DNA of 53,146 bases, counting the filler, from Streblomastix strix (Eukaryota): assembly GCA_008636045.1 (NCBI GenBank). It is 3 parts of 3 records of this genome, joined end to end, with 100 filler letters (N's around TTAATTAATTAA, not from the genome) between each part and the next. Parts side by side here need not be neighbours in the genome. Positions count along the whole stretch, not along the records: positions 17,755 to 35,402 come from SNRW01000689.1; positions 35,503 to 53,146 come from SNRW01000690.1; 1 more part is not named here. The stretch is one strand, 5' to 3'. Position numbers and translations under genes: made by a program. The notes below the pieces were generated by a model that saw only the letters and a program-made list of their open reading frames with translations, was not told the DNA's origin and did no database searches. Position 1 is the first letter of the stretch. Each line of letters begins with the position of its first letter. Of this stretch, positions 31,431 to 44,531 are shown piece after piece.

Positions 31431-34400
31431 TCATTCATTCCTCTAGAAAAGCACCTGATAATCCTCGAAATCATTCCCTTTCTCATTTTTCCCCCTCTAC
31501 GTGCGCGCTTCCTGCGCCTATACTTACTCCTCCTCAATTTAATCCCTCCTTTCCGCTTCACCGACAATCTCCGCTACTTTCAGCCTCTCAAAGTCGATAA
31601 CTTCGTATTCATCCCTCTCATCCCGGATTACTCCAACTTCTCTGTTCCAAGGGAGAATCTATTCCCATTCTCCAAGGCCTTGTTCAACTTCACTGGCGAT
31701 GCAGTCGAACCTCTCAGCGACTAAGATGAGCTCGTTTAGACTCACTCCAGCGTCATTTAATGAGGATATGTGGGCGACAAGACACGATTTGATGGCGATT
31801 TTGCGCGCGATTTCGATCTTTTTTTAATAGGCAGGGATCAGCTGTTGTATCTCTCTTAGTAAGACTGCGTATTTATATAAGGACCCAACTTCAGATGCAG
31901 TTCTGTACTCACGTGAATGTGATGTACTGTTCAACTATTCATCAGTAACTCTTCCTAAACTATTAGTGCTACTCCTATTCTAATTCTAATTCTAATTCTA
32001 ATCTAATTCCTCATCAGTAATAACCCCAGTCATCATCAAAGGAAGATTCCCCTACTATCTGTTCTTCTTAGGCACACACAGTATCTCCCAAAGTGCTTTC
32101 AGTTTACGAACTGCAGCTCCATAATGTTTCCCAATGTTCCTCTACGCATCTGATCCTCTTCTTACATACGCGTTCCCTTCAATAGTCTCTGATTTGTCGC
32201 CTTGTTGGAATAGTTCATCTTATGCTGATCTGCGTTTAGTGGAGTTGCCGGGTGTGGATGTTGAGTCTTTTGGTGATTGTTGTTGTTGTTATTATTATTA
32301 CTATGAATATTACTATAGCTATTTCTTACTTGATGATCCTTTCTTATTCGAACTTTATGGAGAAACATCACTTCCTTCACCTCTATATTCATTATTCTAT
32401 TATTACTGCTATTATTATTATTGTTATTGACTCTTAATAGATCCTCCACATCTCACTCTTTCACCACCAGACATGCATTTAACCTCCTCTACAAGATCAT
32501 CAGTTGATATAAGAGGTATTTCTGCATCTAATTTACTAACGCCAATTGGAATAACTCCTTTTACAATTAATGGGACTCTATCTTCAATCTCAGAAGTACC
32601 AGCTTCATCTGCATTTGGTGGAATGCCTTTTGATCTTCGAAGTTTTCGGTTCTTCTCTTCAGGTGTATCTTCTAACTTGACTGTTATTTCTTTGCTGCCA
32701 TGTTGGATGCGGAATTGGATGGGTTTATCTTCTTCATCATCTTCTTCTTCATCATCTTCATCATCTTCATCTTCATTATCTAATTCAGGTTGATAATCTC
32801 TTTTCTTGCTGGTAGGAACATATTCATCATCTGCATAATCATCATTTTTATTTTTTCTTTGTTTAGTTTCTGTTTCTGGGTCTTATTTCTTTTTCTTAGT
32901 AATCTTCTTCTTCTTCTTATCTGGATTCTCATTCTCATAGTACTCAATTCCATATGGTTCTTCCTCATCTCCATTATCAACATCTTACTTCTTCTTCTTC
33001 TTTCTTTTCGTTTTCTCTCCATTTCCATTACTATCTCCTTTATTCTTCTTCTTATTCTCTTATTATTAATCACCTTCATTTAAATCATCATCTTTTTAGC
33101 TCCTCTTCGTCCTCCAACTGGTGTTTCCTTAACTTCCTGATCTATTTGTCACATCTGAACTTCTCTTAGTTTATGATCCTTGTTAACTTATCTGCTATGT
33201 TAGTAAGTTCCTTCTTTCTGGGGATCCAATGAAAGGTCCCTTTTGTCTTGGTGAGTGCGGAAAGGAGAAGAAGCTGGTTTCGTGACCAGTACTGAATTAT
33301 ATGGAATGTGTTGTGTATTGATGGTGTATATATTGAGATAATATATAATAAGAAATATATATTGAGATAATATATATTGAGAAATAGAGTGATAGTAATT
33401 AAAATATCATACATATAATATATAATATACATATGAGAAAGTAATTATTTAATATATGTAATATCAATTAGGATATAATTTATAATAATAAACATTGAAT
33501 ATATATATATATATATTGCATACTGATCGTACATCAGACCCTTTTCACCCAAGTCATATTGTGATCTGAAATATCTTCTATATATATTGATATATGAATA
33601 TAATAAATTATTGAATAATTAATTATGATTCAATAATAAAGTTTCAATTAATTAATTAAATTAATCTATATATTTCTTATTATTATTATTATTATTATTC
33701 TATCATCAATATAAACAATATATAAAATTACCTGTGGTGATCTGCTTCATAATTCTACACCATGTTATCAGCGAAGTTTCTTAATTTGTCCTTGACTCGG
33801 TACATCTGATAATATTAGAGTATGAATATGTAATAATATATGAATATGAATATGAGTATAAGAGGTAATATAATATTTAATTATAAATAATTTATTAATT
33901 AATCAGTAATGATTTATTTTATAAATATGATATTATTATTTAATTAATAATCAATACCGTGCAATGTTTATCAGTAAGCGCATCATAAATTATCTCCTTT
34001 GGCCCATAAACAGGTTGAGGACTGAATTGTTATATATAAATATAATATATAATAAATAATTACATTTTTAATTTAAGTTATAGTATAAAATAATATTCAA
34101 TATTAAATTTAATTATTAATGTTCTATTGTATATATTCAATATTCATATTCAATATTTATATTATTATTGTTTATATTCTATTGTATATATTCAATATTC
34201 ATATTCTATTGTATATATTTATTCATACACGCAATCCCATTGTTTCTCCAATTTAGCTTGTTTAATCAGCCATTGTTGATATTCGCGTTCACGCTGAGCT
34301 CTGGTATTAAAAAAATGGTTTAATAGAATATGATAATAAATAAAATAAAATAAAAATGTTCTATTATATTAATAATTTCAAAATTAATATTATTTATATA

Positions 34401-35402
34401 TTATTTTAATTCTATATATATTTATATTTATATTTATATTAATATTCAATCTTCATACTTACTCTTCGTTTTCCTATAAGGTCCTTATGATTCAGGAACT
34501 TTTCCTTTAATTATCGCAGTTCCTCCATATTTCTCTTCATATTCAATTTCTTCTTTAGTTAATTTCTTCTTTTTCTTCTTTTATTTCCCATCTGATATTT
34601 CATCTTATTCTTTTTTGTTGGTTTTATTGTTCTTTCTTTTGCTTTGAGATTTATCTTTCCTTTGTTATTATTCTGAATCATCTTCAACATATGTTTATAA
34701 CTTATCCTAACTTTCATTCTTCTTCTTCTTTTTCTTCTTCTATTCTGCTTATTCATCATAATCTTCATCTTATTCTTCATTATTATACTATATATCTCGA
34801 TTACTTCCTTATTTCGTACTTCTTTTAATTATGTCTTTCTGAGTAGATTCATTTTTGTTTTCAACTGTTTTCTTTGCTTTCTTATTGTTCCCTGATTCAT
34901 ATTCATCTTATTCATTATTATATGATCTATCACGACTGGATGTTTGATTCTATTTTATAATATATAATATATATAATACAGTAATATTAAAAATATAATA
35001 TATATAATATAATAATTAATACCTCAGGATATTTCGTTCTATATGCAGGTGATTCTTACCAATCATTATCAATCTCTTTTTTCTAATTGTTATTATTCTA
35101 ATTATTCTAATTATTATTCTAATTATTCTAATTATTCAAATCTTTTGATTCTCTCATCTTTTCTCTTTCTTCTTCTTCTCTTTCTTTTATTCTTTCTCTT
35201 TCTCTTTGAATCTTCTTTTGTTGTTCCCTTTCCTTCTCAACAATTATTCTTCTTTCTTCTTCTTCTTATTTCTTCTTCTATTACAACTCTCATTCAATCT
35301 TCATCCTCCATTCATCTTCTTTTATCTTCTCTTCTTCTTCTTTCAGTTTCTCTGCTTCAATTCGCTTCTTTTCTTCTTCTTCTTTCTTTTATTCTTCTTC
35401 TT
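31431..35402 (-). CDS. Multi-exon E/K/Q-rich coiled-coil protein, 5' truncated; C-terminal part weakly reminiscent of CCDC87/MAP65-type helices
   Basis: Long terminal exon (about 33290-31431) with AVRKLKALWEILCVP and YKYAVLLREIQQL, plus many short exons upstream (WEKQWDC, IIYDALTDKHC). The family call is weak. Confidence 0.6.
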
Positions 35403-35502
35403 NNNNNNNNNNNNNNNNNNNNNNNNNNNNNNNNNNNNNNNNNNNNTTAATTAATTAANNNNNNNNNNNNNNNNNNNNNNNNNNNNNNNNNNNNNNNNNN
35501 NN
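35403..35502. other. Artificial contig-joining spacer
   Basis: N44-TTAATTAATTAA-N44, identical to the first spacer. Confidence 0.97.
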
Positions 35503-36360
35503 TTACCAGAATATTTGATGAACTTTTGTAGTTCTAAGCTCATAACAGAAGGATATTAACAATCGAAATCTAGTTTTAAAAGACAGGGCGTTATATACTG
35601 GGTGTCCCAACTGATGACTTTTCCATCAATATATTTGAATTTATTTATTTTAGTTTCACCTGCAACGTTATATCTATGCATGACTTACGATAATCCGCCA
35701 GTGATACCTTAACGTAAAATCTTATAAATTTCTTCATCAGTTATTGTCATTGGAAGCGACTTTAAGGGACAGAAATTTTTCAATAATATAATAAACATGG
35801 TTAAATTTTCATCTTTATTTGACGTAAATTTATTGCAGAATAAGCAGCACAGTTTCACGTTATCTGCAGAATGGCTCCTGTCGTTGTTAGTTCTATCTAA
35901 TGTTGGCGGAATTTTGCTTTTGAATCGAGCTATACAGATATGGCATCCTGCCGATAGGAATAATTTTTTGTAGGACGCATAATCGGATTCTTTGATGATG
36001 TTGCTTATGTCTCTATTTCTTTTTTTATCTCATTCTAGATAATTTTAAACTTTAATATTCCAATAATTTTATGAAAGTACGAACGATGTATAATCATCTT
36101 TCGGTGTGTATTATTAATCCAGTTTGAAATCGCTATAAGAAAGAGCATATTTGATAGAATTGGCGCATGCTGACATCTACATAAACTATAATATATCAAA
36201 TTTAATATTGAAGAACATATCAACTAAGTAATCCGACGGCTGAATCATCAAGCGAGTATCTTCAAAGTTATAGAGTCGAAGGTAATCCCATCTAGAAAGA
36301 TTATTGGTTGTTGCTAAATAATTTTAATATTTCTCTTCACTTATATTTCTATTTTATAAT
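35503..36360 (-). pseudogene. Second, divergent protein-primed DNA polymerase B fragment with an HNH-like insert
   Basis: RWDYLRLYNFEDTRLMI (ExoIII), CHICIARF...PTLDRTNNDRSHSADNVKLCCLFCN, ILRQGITGGLSQVMHR and LDFDCQYPSVM (motif A). In-frame TGA at 36030-36032. Upstream homology is lost at about 36360 and the 3' end is cut by the contig edge. Confidence 0.85.
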
Positions 36361-36779
36361 TCTTCTAATGATATTTTAATAATAATAAAATGAATATTTT
36401 GAATTTAATAATGAGCACCATGAACTATATATTTTATGGCATAAATTTCGTTATATATATTTTGTCCCTTTCCATTCTTGACATATTAACGGATACTGTT
36501 AATTTAATAAAATAATTGAGCGGATATTTTGATATTATTCTTGTACCATTGAATATAAGTATCTATATAACATAATTTTTTTATCGTAGAAAAATAAAGA
36601 AGAACGAAAAGGTAATTCATTGGTCAGAGCTAACGAAGTAATAAATTGAGGCATTTCTGACTGAAGCAATAGCAAAAAAAGATTTTGAATTAGCACAATA
36701 TTGGTGATATATTTTAAATTTAAAACTGCTTAATTTCCTCAAATAATAAGTTTGAAATTAAAAATAGCATTATTTTTGC

Positions 36780-39700
36780 TCAATCAACGATATAGTCGTT
36801 AGCTGTGAGATTGAATATGGATGGGTAATAACTTTAATCCTTTAATATTATAGCATTAGTGTGGATTCCAGTAATGCCGTTCTTTTGTGTAGCAATTTTT
36901 GACATAATATAGTTCTTTTGCCCTAGCCGCATATTTGTCGCTTTGGTTATTGTTCTCTCGTTAATGTTATCAATGATATTTTATTTGGAAATATTTTATG
37001 TTTTCTAATTGATTCCTTTTAATTTTATCTTTTCATTCTCTCAAACTTTAATATAATAATTCATAGGGGTTAATGCTATCATTTCTGTTCCTTCATTTTC
37101 AGGAGCAAAACCAAGTATTTTTCTCATCTGATAAATCATCCTCTTTAGTCGGGAAGTAATATTTTGCATTATCTTCATAGAATTATTTATCTTTAATCAC
37201 ATAGTTAAATTATTATTAATAGCCAGCATCAACTGAATCACTAATGGCCCAAGAAGCAGAATCAGTATCACCTTCCACAAAGTGCATTTTATCCATATCA
37301 AAAGCTTTACGCATAAAATTATATATAGTTCATATACCAATATTTAGCATTATCCAACACAACATAAGCTTCATATATTGGTGTTTTACAAGTGCAAATC
37401 TCAGGGTTTAATCATACTGCGTAAGCATTATCAGATAATTATTGTTCATCCATAAATGTATTCGATAAATGAGACTTTAATGCTTCTTTTTTATCCATGA
37501 CTTTTATCTTAGAATATTTCTTTGTGTTCATTCCATCCGAACCATATGATGAGTTCATAGATATTTTACAAAATTATTCGAATCCCTTATTTCCTTCTAT
37601 TTTTGCCTATATTCTCTTGCCTATGAATTCCTTTACAAACGAATTGAATCCTTCATGCATATTAAATAATTTCATTTGCTTTATATCATCAATAATAAAA
37701 TGGCAGTCATCGACTAGAAACCATAGGTAGTACGAACTGAAAGACATAAATTTGCCCATCGTCGATAATAAGTTGGTTAATTTTCGCTATTTTTGGTACG
37801 TTTTAATTATGTTAGATTTCATATGATTTAACATGTAAGACACAATAGTTTCCTCGCTAGTGGTAAAAGTAAAATTTCTTAATATCAGCGGGAAATTGAT
37901 AAAATCATTTATATAATTTTCGTCAAAAGGCCCCTTTAACTCGGCTATAAATAACTAATCGCGGCTCCTTATTATATCCATTATTTTTTATTTATCATCA
38001 GTTCTTCCCAATACATTTCCTGCCATATATATTTTGCCACCAGTATATTTAATAAAATTATGCGGCTATTATGACATAACGCTGGGAAATATGAATTGAA
38101 ATCAACACCGACGATATGAGTTATTAGATAGTTTGAAGTTTGAACATGGATTTTCTTATTTGCTTTATCATATTTGAATTATTTTAATGTGTCTTTATTT
38201 GCTATATTTTCCCTATGCATTACATTAAATAGGCCTCCAATTATTCCATTACGGATCAATTTATAGTTATCGATATTGGTTATATTTGTGGGGAGACAAT
38301 TAAGCATGCAATACCAGCGAAGTTAAATAAATAATCAGCAAGTATTTATTTCTTTATTTTAACAATATTTATTACAGTATAAGCAGCACGATTATACATT
38401 ATCTTTCGTGCGAAGAAAATTATTATTGATTCTATCAAGTATTGACTTATTATTCACTGTAAATTTATCGCCAAAAATTGCACATACGGAGGAATCAAAT
38501 AATTATTTGAAATATTCGAAGTCATTGGGGGAAACATTATTTGATGGGTCTCGATATTTATTCAAATCTTGGAATCTATATCCATCTACTTTATATTTCA
38601 AATAACTGGGATATAAAATAAACTTGTAAGAGTTATCTATAATGGCGGGAGGATAATTGGCGTTAATGTCAAAGTCTTTAAAAGCTAATGCGTATTTGAT
38701 AGCGTTTGCATATGTGGCAATAGACATAAAGCTAAACATATCAATTTTATGTTTGAAGTTAATTTAAATTAAATTGTCAATTGGCGCTATCATTATTCTT
38801 GCATCCTGTTTATTATAATATTGAAGATATTCTCATCCATTTTTAAATTATTTTTCGTCCCATAAATAATTTTTATAAACGTCATCGTTCATTAATGAGT
38901 ACTTTAGTGTTGAATTGAATGCATCTGGGGGGAATGGTTCAGTAATATCGAGAATGTAATTATAATTGTCCGTTTTAATATATTCATATGGAAATACACC
39001 ATTTTCATTGCCTTCAATGGAACCATCAAAATTTTTCACGAAGTCTTTCAATGTCGTCGCTTGAACATAGACCATTATACCTCAGAATTTTAGTATAATT
39101 TCTGTGTGCTTATGTTAAACTATAATTGATTTGGCTTATGACGAACTGCCAATATAACTCTTAATTTCCCACTCTGAAGATTATAGATTTTTAAATATTA
39201 ATGCAAAATCGAACTATGCTCTATTGAACCCAACGATGGGAACCTCAGCATCATATGGCACATCAGCGTATACATATTAGTTATCTATATATATTTATTC
39301 TGCTTCGATAAATATTTATTTGAGCCATTAATTTATAAAATCGTCTCCATTTCGCATATTGTAGTGAATCGTTTTTATACCTTATTTATTTTTAATTGTC
39401 GAGGCCACAAAAATGGGAACCAATTATGAAATCAATTTGCCTGATTTTCCAAAATTTTTATTGATTACTTTCTCCACTGTTTCAAAATCATAGGTGATAT
39501 AGTAGCTCGTGGGTTTGAATTCATTCTCCCGTCCATTTGCCAACAGGAATTAGTATGTTTTGTTCAAATTTATAAGCGGGCAAAATGGCCTTTGAACGGC
39601 CTCCAATTTAACCTCCTTTATTATTTTTCCTTCGTTAATTTCACATTTTTTGATGTGCTTCTCGTATTGATCTACGAAATGATGCTCTTTAGGGTCGAAT

Positions 39701-41133
39701 GCTTTTGATTTACAGAAAGGGCAAAATCTTAATCCATTTAATGTTTCTTTAATCGACTTATAAAATGCATGGGTTTCGCCTGCGGCTACCATTGCTACTA
39801 ATACGTTAAAATCGGGGACATTTGCAGATTTTTTAGATGATTCGCTATCGGAATCGCTAGTGGCTTCATTATTAACTTCATTAAATTTATATTCTTTTGA
39901 TTGATAATATATTTTTTGCTCAGTGACATAATCATATATATTAACATTAATTTTCTCGTCTTAAATGAACTTATCAATTTCTGTATCTATATCGAATCCT
40001 TCATAATCTTATAGCCAATTTTATATTTACTTTTCAGTGGGGATATAATACAACTTCATCATGTGTTTTTTGGCCATGTGCTCCTGCGAATGTTCCTTAA
40101 TTCGTTTATCTAGCGTAGGCTGCGCCCGCAGGCTTACGTTAGTATCAGGGTATTTAAATAGATTGTAAATGTAGATCCAGCATATAATATATTTGCATCT
40201 TGTCCTTCTCAAACAGTTCTTGTGACACTATAGATGAAAATCAATTAGTTCCAATAAGCTGCTGCCCTCATGAAACTGAAGCAGATTAAACGTTTTAATC
40301 ATCATCAAATAAATAGCAATGAATCGCTGTTTTGTGCTATCTGGATTAAAGTTCTACATCTCTATTATTTCTGATATAACGTACTTCTTATATTCTTCTA
40401 TATCTTATTCTGTGATGATTGATTTAGGTGTGCGCTTCTATGTCCTTGCTTCTTTTGGCCGAAAGTAATCATATGACACCTATGAATCACCATTTTTATC
40501 TCTGTTCAGCTCTTCTTAAATAATACCGAAATCAAAGATAATTTTAAATGGTTTATGATTTCACTTTTCATAGACGTTTTAAATAAATTGATTTATCTGT
40601 TCTAAAGAATATATCAAATTATTATAATATACATTGCTAATATCCCCTTCTATGTCTTTCACAAATTGATACCCTTAATGTGCATTATCAACTGCTTCAA
40701 TAAATTTATCCATATCGATAGGCTGAAAATAAAGTAAAGTGTCAGAATAATCATTTTGTATTTCATTGACTTATACATTACTGTATTTATTGATTTTATC
40801 GCTTATCATTTCATTCTATATTATATTAATATATAACTTAGGTAAAGTAAAAGAATTTTTAGTTTCTTAAAAGTTCAAATGATAATTCTCAGGCTTAGTA
40901 AATTATTTAGTCTCATTGAGGAAATGCTTTTGGATATCCATTTGTGATTTTTTCTATTAACGTTGGGCACTAATGAATTTATTTAGTGCTTCAAAATTAA
41001 TCCTTCCACGCTTGGGGAAATTAATAGAATTTAGATATTGATTAAGCCATTTTTTTAATATTGGGACAGTCATACGTTAATTAATTTTTGAATCAAGCAA
41101 TTAAATCAATTATTATTTCTTAAGGTAGGGCAT
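36780..41133 (-). pseudogene. Protein-primed family B DNA polymerase (pPolB), about 1450 codons, disrupted
   Basis: YDFET (ExoI, about 39480), GFNRAQFDF (ExoII), YYNKQD (ExoIII), IRNGIIGGL, VDFNS.FPSVM (motif A, 1-nt frameshift near 38090), KI.MNSSYG-type motif B at about 37550, and EGDTDS (motif C, about 37265). In-frame TGAs at 40561, 38833 and 38335. Confidence 0.9.
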
Positions 41134-41212
41134 TTATTAAAAAATAAAAAAAATTTAAATAAATAAATTAAGTTAGGATAAAATTAATATAAATTAAATA
41201 TATTAATCAAGC

Positions 41213-42710
41213 TCATTAACGGAATCTTTAAAATTATATCATAAATAATAAATTATTATACATATCCATGAATTAAGTTGGTATTTTATGACCAGAGTTA
41301 TCATTTAATATAAATACTATTGTTTTATTCTAATTAACTAAACCCTCTTGTGTCATCATATTTTAGCTCTATTGAACAGGGGCATCAATTAAATTTTAAT
41401 TAAAACCTAGATTATTAAATCCATTACCTCCGACTGTCTTCATCGTTATGCCATATAATTAATTATTAACGCATATTATTAACATTTGCGGATATTTTAT
41501 AAAATTATGTAAGAATGGGCAATAAATAAGTATATCTGGGTTTAGACTACCTGTTGAATATTTTATCTTATAAAACCATACCTCCAAATTAATTCACTTT
41601 ATAGAAGAAGATAAATTAGCTAATTGATTTGATCCATTCTCATTTAGCCCGTCATAAAAATCTAAATTCCCAACAAATTAAACACATAAATTTGGAGATA
41701 AAATTATATTACTTGCGTACCAATACACATTTGTATATTAAGAATATTTACTAATAACTTCAGCTATGAATTACTCATAAAAGCCAGTTCTTCCAACAGC
41801 TACATAAATTGATGTCCATTCACTTACGGTATGCGCTGGCAGAGAACATATTATTCTGACTGGAAATGTATTAATACAATTGATTATTTGTTGCATAGTT
41901 TATTATTAAACATCAATTCGTTAATCATCAGAAGTTGTTATATTGCCTGCTCCACTAATGCTTATTTTCTTGTTGAATAAATAACGAACAGATAAACCCA
42001 ATGGTGCAAGGGGTTCAACGCTAGTTATGAAGTTATTTGATGTTGGGCAATATAAGCGAATTAATCCTGATGCTCTATAGACTACATTTAAATTATTGTC
42101 CATTATCCAATAATGATATAGGAACGCATCAATTCTTAAATTATTGTAATTTATCGCTGAACTTACTATATCCTATCCGTAATTTGTATTCAATGAAAAT
42201 TATTAGGTCGGTCTTCTGGCCCCACCTAGCGGCTATTTAACTTTCATATATGTTCATTTTTCAGTTTATTAAAGCAAATGGCCCCTCTGTTTGATGGAGC
42301 CTGTAAATTGAAATACTTTTCTTAGGCGTCAGTAAAATTATTAAATTACGTGCTTTATATAGCCAATAATTGAGGCACATATTTAAACCCCTAATTATCA
42401 TAGTCATCAACGTATTAATTATTGATTACACTATTTAAATTTAGCCTGATCGGTGGCATTTCTGCAGGCGCCTATTATGTAAATGTATTATTTCCTTTAT
42501 AATTTTAAAAATATACTTTCCTAGATGGTGTTGAAATGATATTATGTAAAATTTCTATATAATCACTGTTCAAATATTAAGTTAAATTAATAGGGAAATT
42601 ATTTATACGATTAACTTAAATGAATTATAGCAGCTGGTGATTGTCGTCTTCCACTTTACGAAGTCCTCATCTGATTCTGAGTTTCTAATTTATAAGCCGA
42701 TGTTTGTCAT
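41213..42710 (-). pseudogene. Disrupted about 500-codon ORF, possible minor capsid (penton)-like protein
   Basis: N/T/S-rich ORF with TGAs (42244, 42190, 41594) and frameshifts. C-terminal PDILIYCPFL and TIVFILNDNSGHKIPTQF..NLLFMIQF resemble the end of Polinton penton proteins (by eye only). Confidence 0.4.
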
Positions 42711-42729
42711 TTTAGTTAAAATAAATTTT

Positions 42730-42969
42730 TCATTTATACCGTTCATTTAGTAATTCCAATAACTTCATTACTGCATCTTAGCAATTTTCTTAGGCTATCG
42801 AAACAACTTCTTTTTGCTTTTCCATAATTAACCGCTTATTATTTTGCTTCAATAGAAAGCGAGGTTCAACTTCAGGGCCTGATTTTGTAGCCACAGAAAC
42901 AAATTAATTTAAGAAAGAAAGATAAACCATATATTCCTCACATTCTATTTTTAATTTACCAGATTCCAT
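42730..42969 (-). CDS. 79-aa element-associated hypothetical protein
   Basis: MESGKLKIECEEYMVYLSFLNQFVSVATKSGPEVEPRFLL...MKLLELLNERYK*, tightly packed between element ORFs. Confidence 0.55.
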
Positions 42970-43016
42970 TTATTTCAAATAAAAATTGCAATAAATTATT
43001 TTTAAAATCAATTAAA

Positions 43017-44084
43017 ATGAATCATAGAGGAATACCGCCATTACAATTAAATTTATAGCCAACATGCACAGATGATTTCATAGAGTAAAAACGAAATTAC
43101 GATTATATAAGTGCTTCTCAAAAAAAATAAATATCAATAGCTATCATTGAATATACTAATAATATGGTTAAAGCTAGGTATAACATAGCGAATAAAGCAA
43201 ATATATCAGCACTTGCACGACAAAGAGACTCATCAATTTTGCCACGGTAAGTAGATGTAGCAATGGCCGCATCAAGGTAAGGAGCTCTAAGAAACAAAAA
43301 TGTACTTGGTGGAATGACACTTCATGATTTTTCATAGCTAGAAGACCATCTATAAACCTAATAACTTGTTTAAAAAGAGGCAGACGAAAACAGATCGTGT
43401 TATAATAGATAATCTCAATTAGTCCCTTAATATAATATTAATGCTAGGATAAGTTAGCCATCAAGAGATATAGGAAGCCGAAGCCCGTCATCTCCATTCT
43501 TGTCTCTATCGCTAAATCTAAATAATGGACAATTAACATAAAGGTTGATAGATAATAGAATCCAACTATTTTAATAAAGAATATATTCGTCAGACTCATA
43601 TTAACTACCAAAAGATAATGATACTGGTTAATAGTCATAGAGAAATTTACTATAATAAGAGGCACAACATGAAAAAGAGAAAGATACATAGAACTAAATT
43701 GTTTAGGAAGATAATGCAGAAACGAATAAAATAATTATGTATGCTCAAAGATCATTTGACTGGATGCAGTCTATTTGCGACCAATATTATACTAAAACAC
43801 CTTATCCACCAATATAACAATCATATTATAGAAATGATGGAAGCATATTATCCCTTCAATTAATCAAGCCTGTTTTAACTAAGGGAGACAAAATAAACCT
43901 GCCAAAGGAGAGAAAAAATTATATTAAGACGAAATAATTAGAGAAACCAATAGCATCATAATCAGCACTAAGAAAATCAGTAAAGGCATAATAGCCATAA
44001 AAGAAATAAGGCAAAAATAAAAAAGTAAAAATGAACTCAATTTTTTCAGCTGCAAGCGGAGACATCATCTGTTTAAACAGGTGA
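43017..44084 (+). CDS. 355-aa element-associated hypothetical protein
   Basis: Uninterrupted code-6 ORF MNHRGIPPLQLNLQPTCTDDF...MYAQRSFDWMQSICDQYY...SGDIICLNR*. Confidence 0.65.
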
Positions 44085-44155
44085 ATCAGTTGAAGGATTA
44101 TCGATTATATCGAATATTTTAATTAAATCCTCCTTTGATAAAACTATATTATTAA

Positions 44156-44506
44156 TCAACTTTAGGCAGATAACTCTAATTCAGAAATTTAAGATTTTAA
44201 TACTTTCTATTTTTCTCTCAGTCTTTATTTACACTGCTTTCTTTACAATCTTGCATTTTCTTTAGCCTCTTCTTCTGTTTAGTACTACCTTGGCCTGCCT
44301 TGTTTATGAGCTTCTATTTATGACTCCACTTATGGCTTCACTTAGTCTTTAGACGGTCCCTACGGGACTGGCTCAATTTCTGGTACTATGAATGGCCCCA
44401 ATGATGTTACTATCACCGGATCAATAATAGCTTTCACTTTTTACATATATTTTTTACGCGGCTTTTTCTGGGCAACTGATTAATCAATTAATATTTTATC
44501 TTTCAT
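44156..44506 (-). CDS. AT-hook-like plus coiled-coil DNA-binding protein, possibly truncated by a frameshift
   Basis: MKDKILIDQSVAQKKPRKKY...KQGRPRQYQTEEEAKENARLQRKQCKQRLREKQKVLKSQISELELSAQ. Protein-like sequence continues in another frame past the TGA. Confidence 0.6.
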
Positions 44507-44531
44507 TTTCAATAAATAAATAAAAATTAAA

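Noticed and set aside
36590..36707. Short plus-strand frame (IHWSELTKQQIEAFLTEAIAKKDFELAQYW*) between the two pPolBs
   Set aside because: Too short, with no clear start codon or recognisable family.
36721..36775. Weak inverted match to 45975-46020 as Polinton TIRs
   Set aside because: Only a short AT-rich match (tttgaaattaa); not distinguishable from chance.
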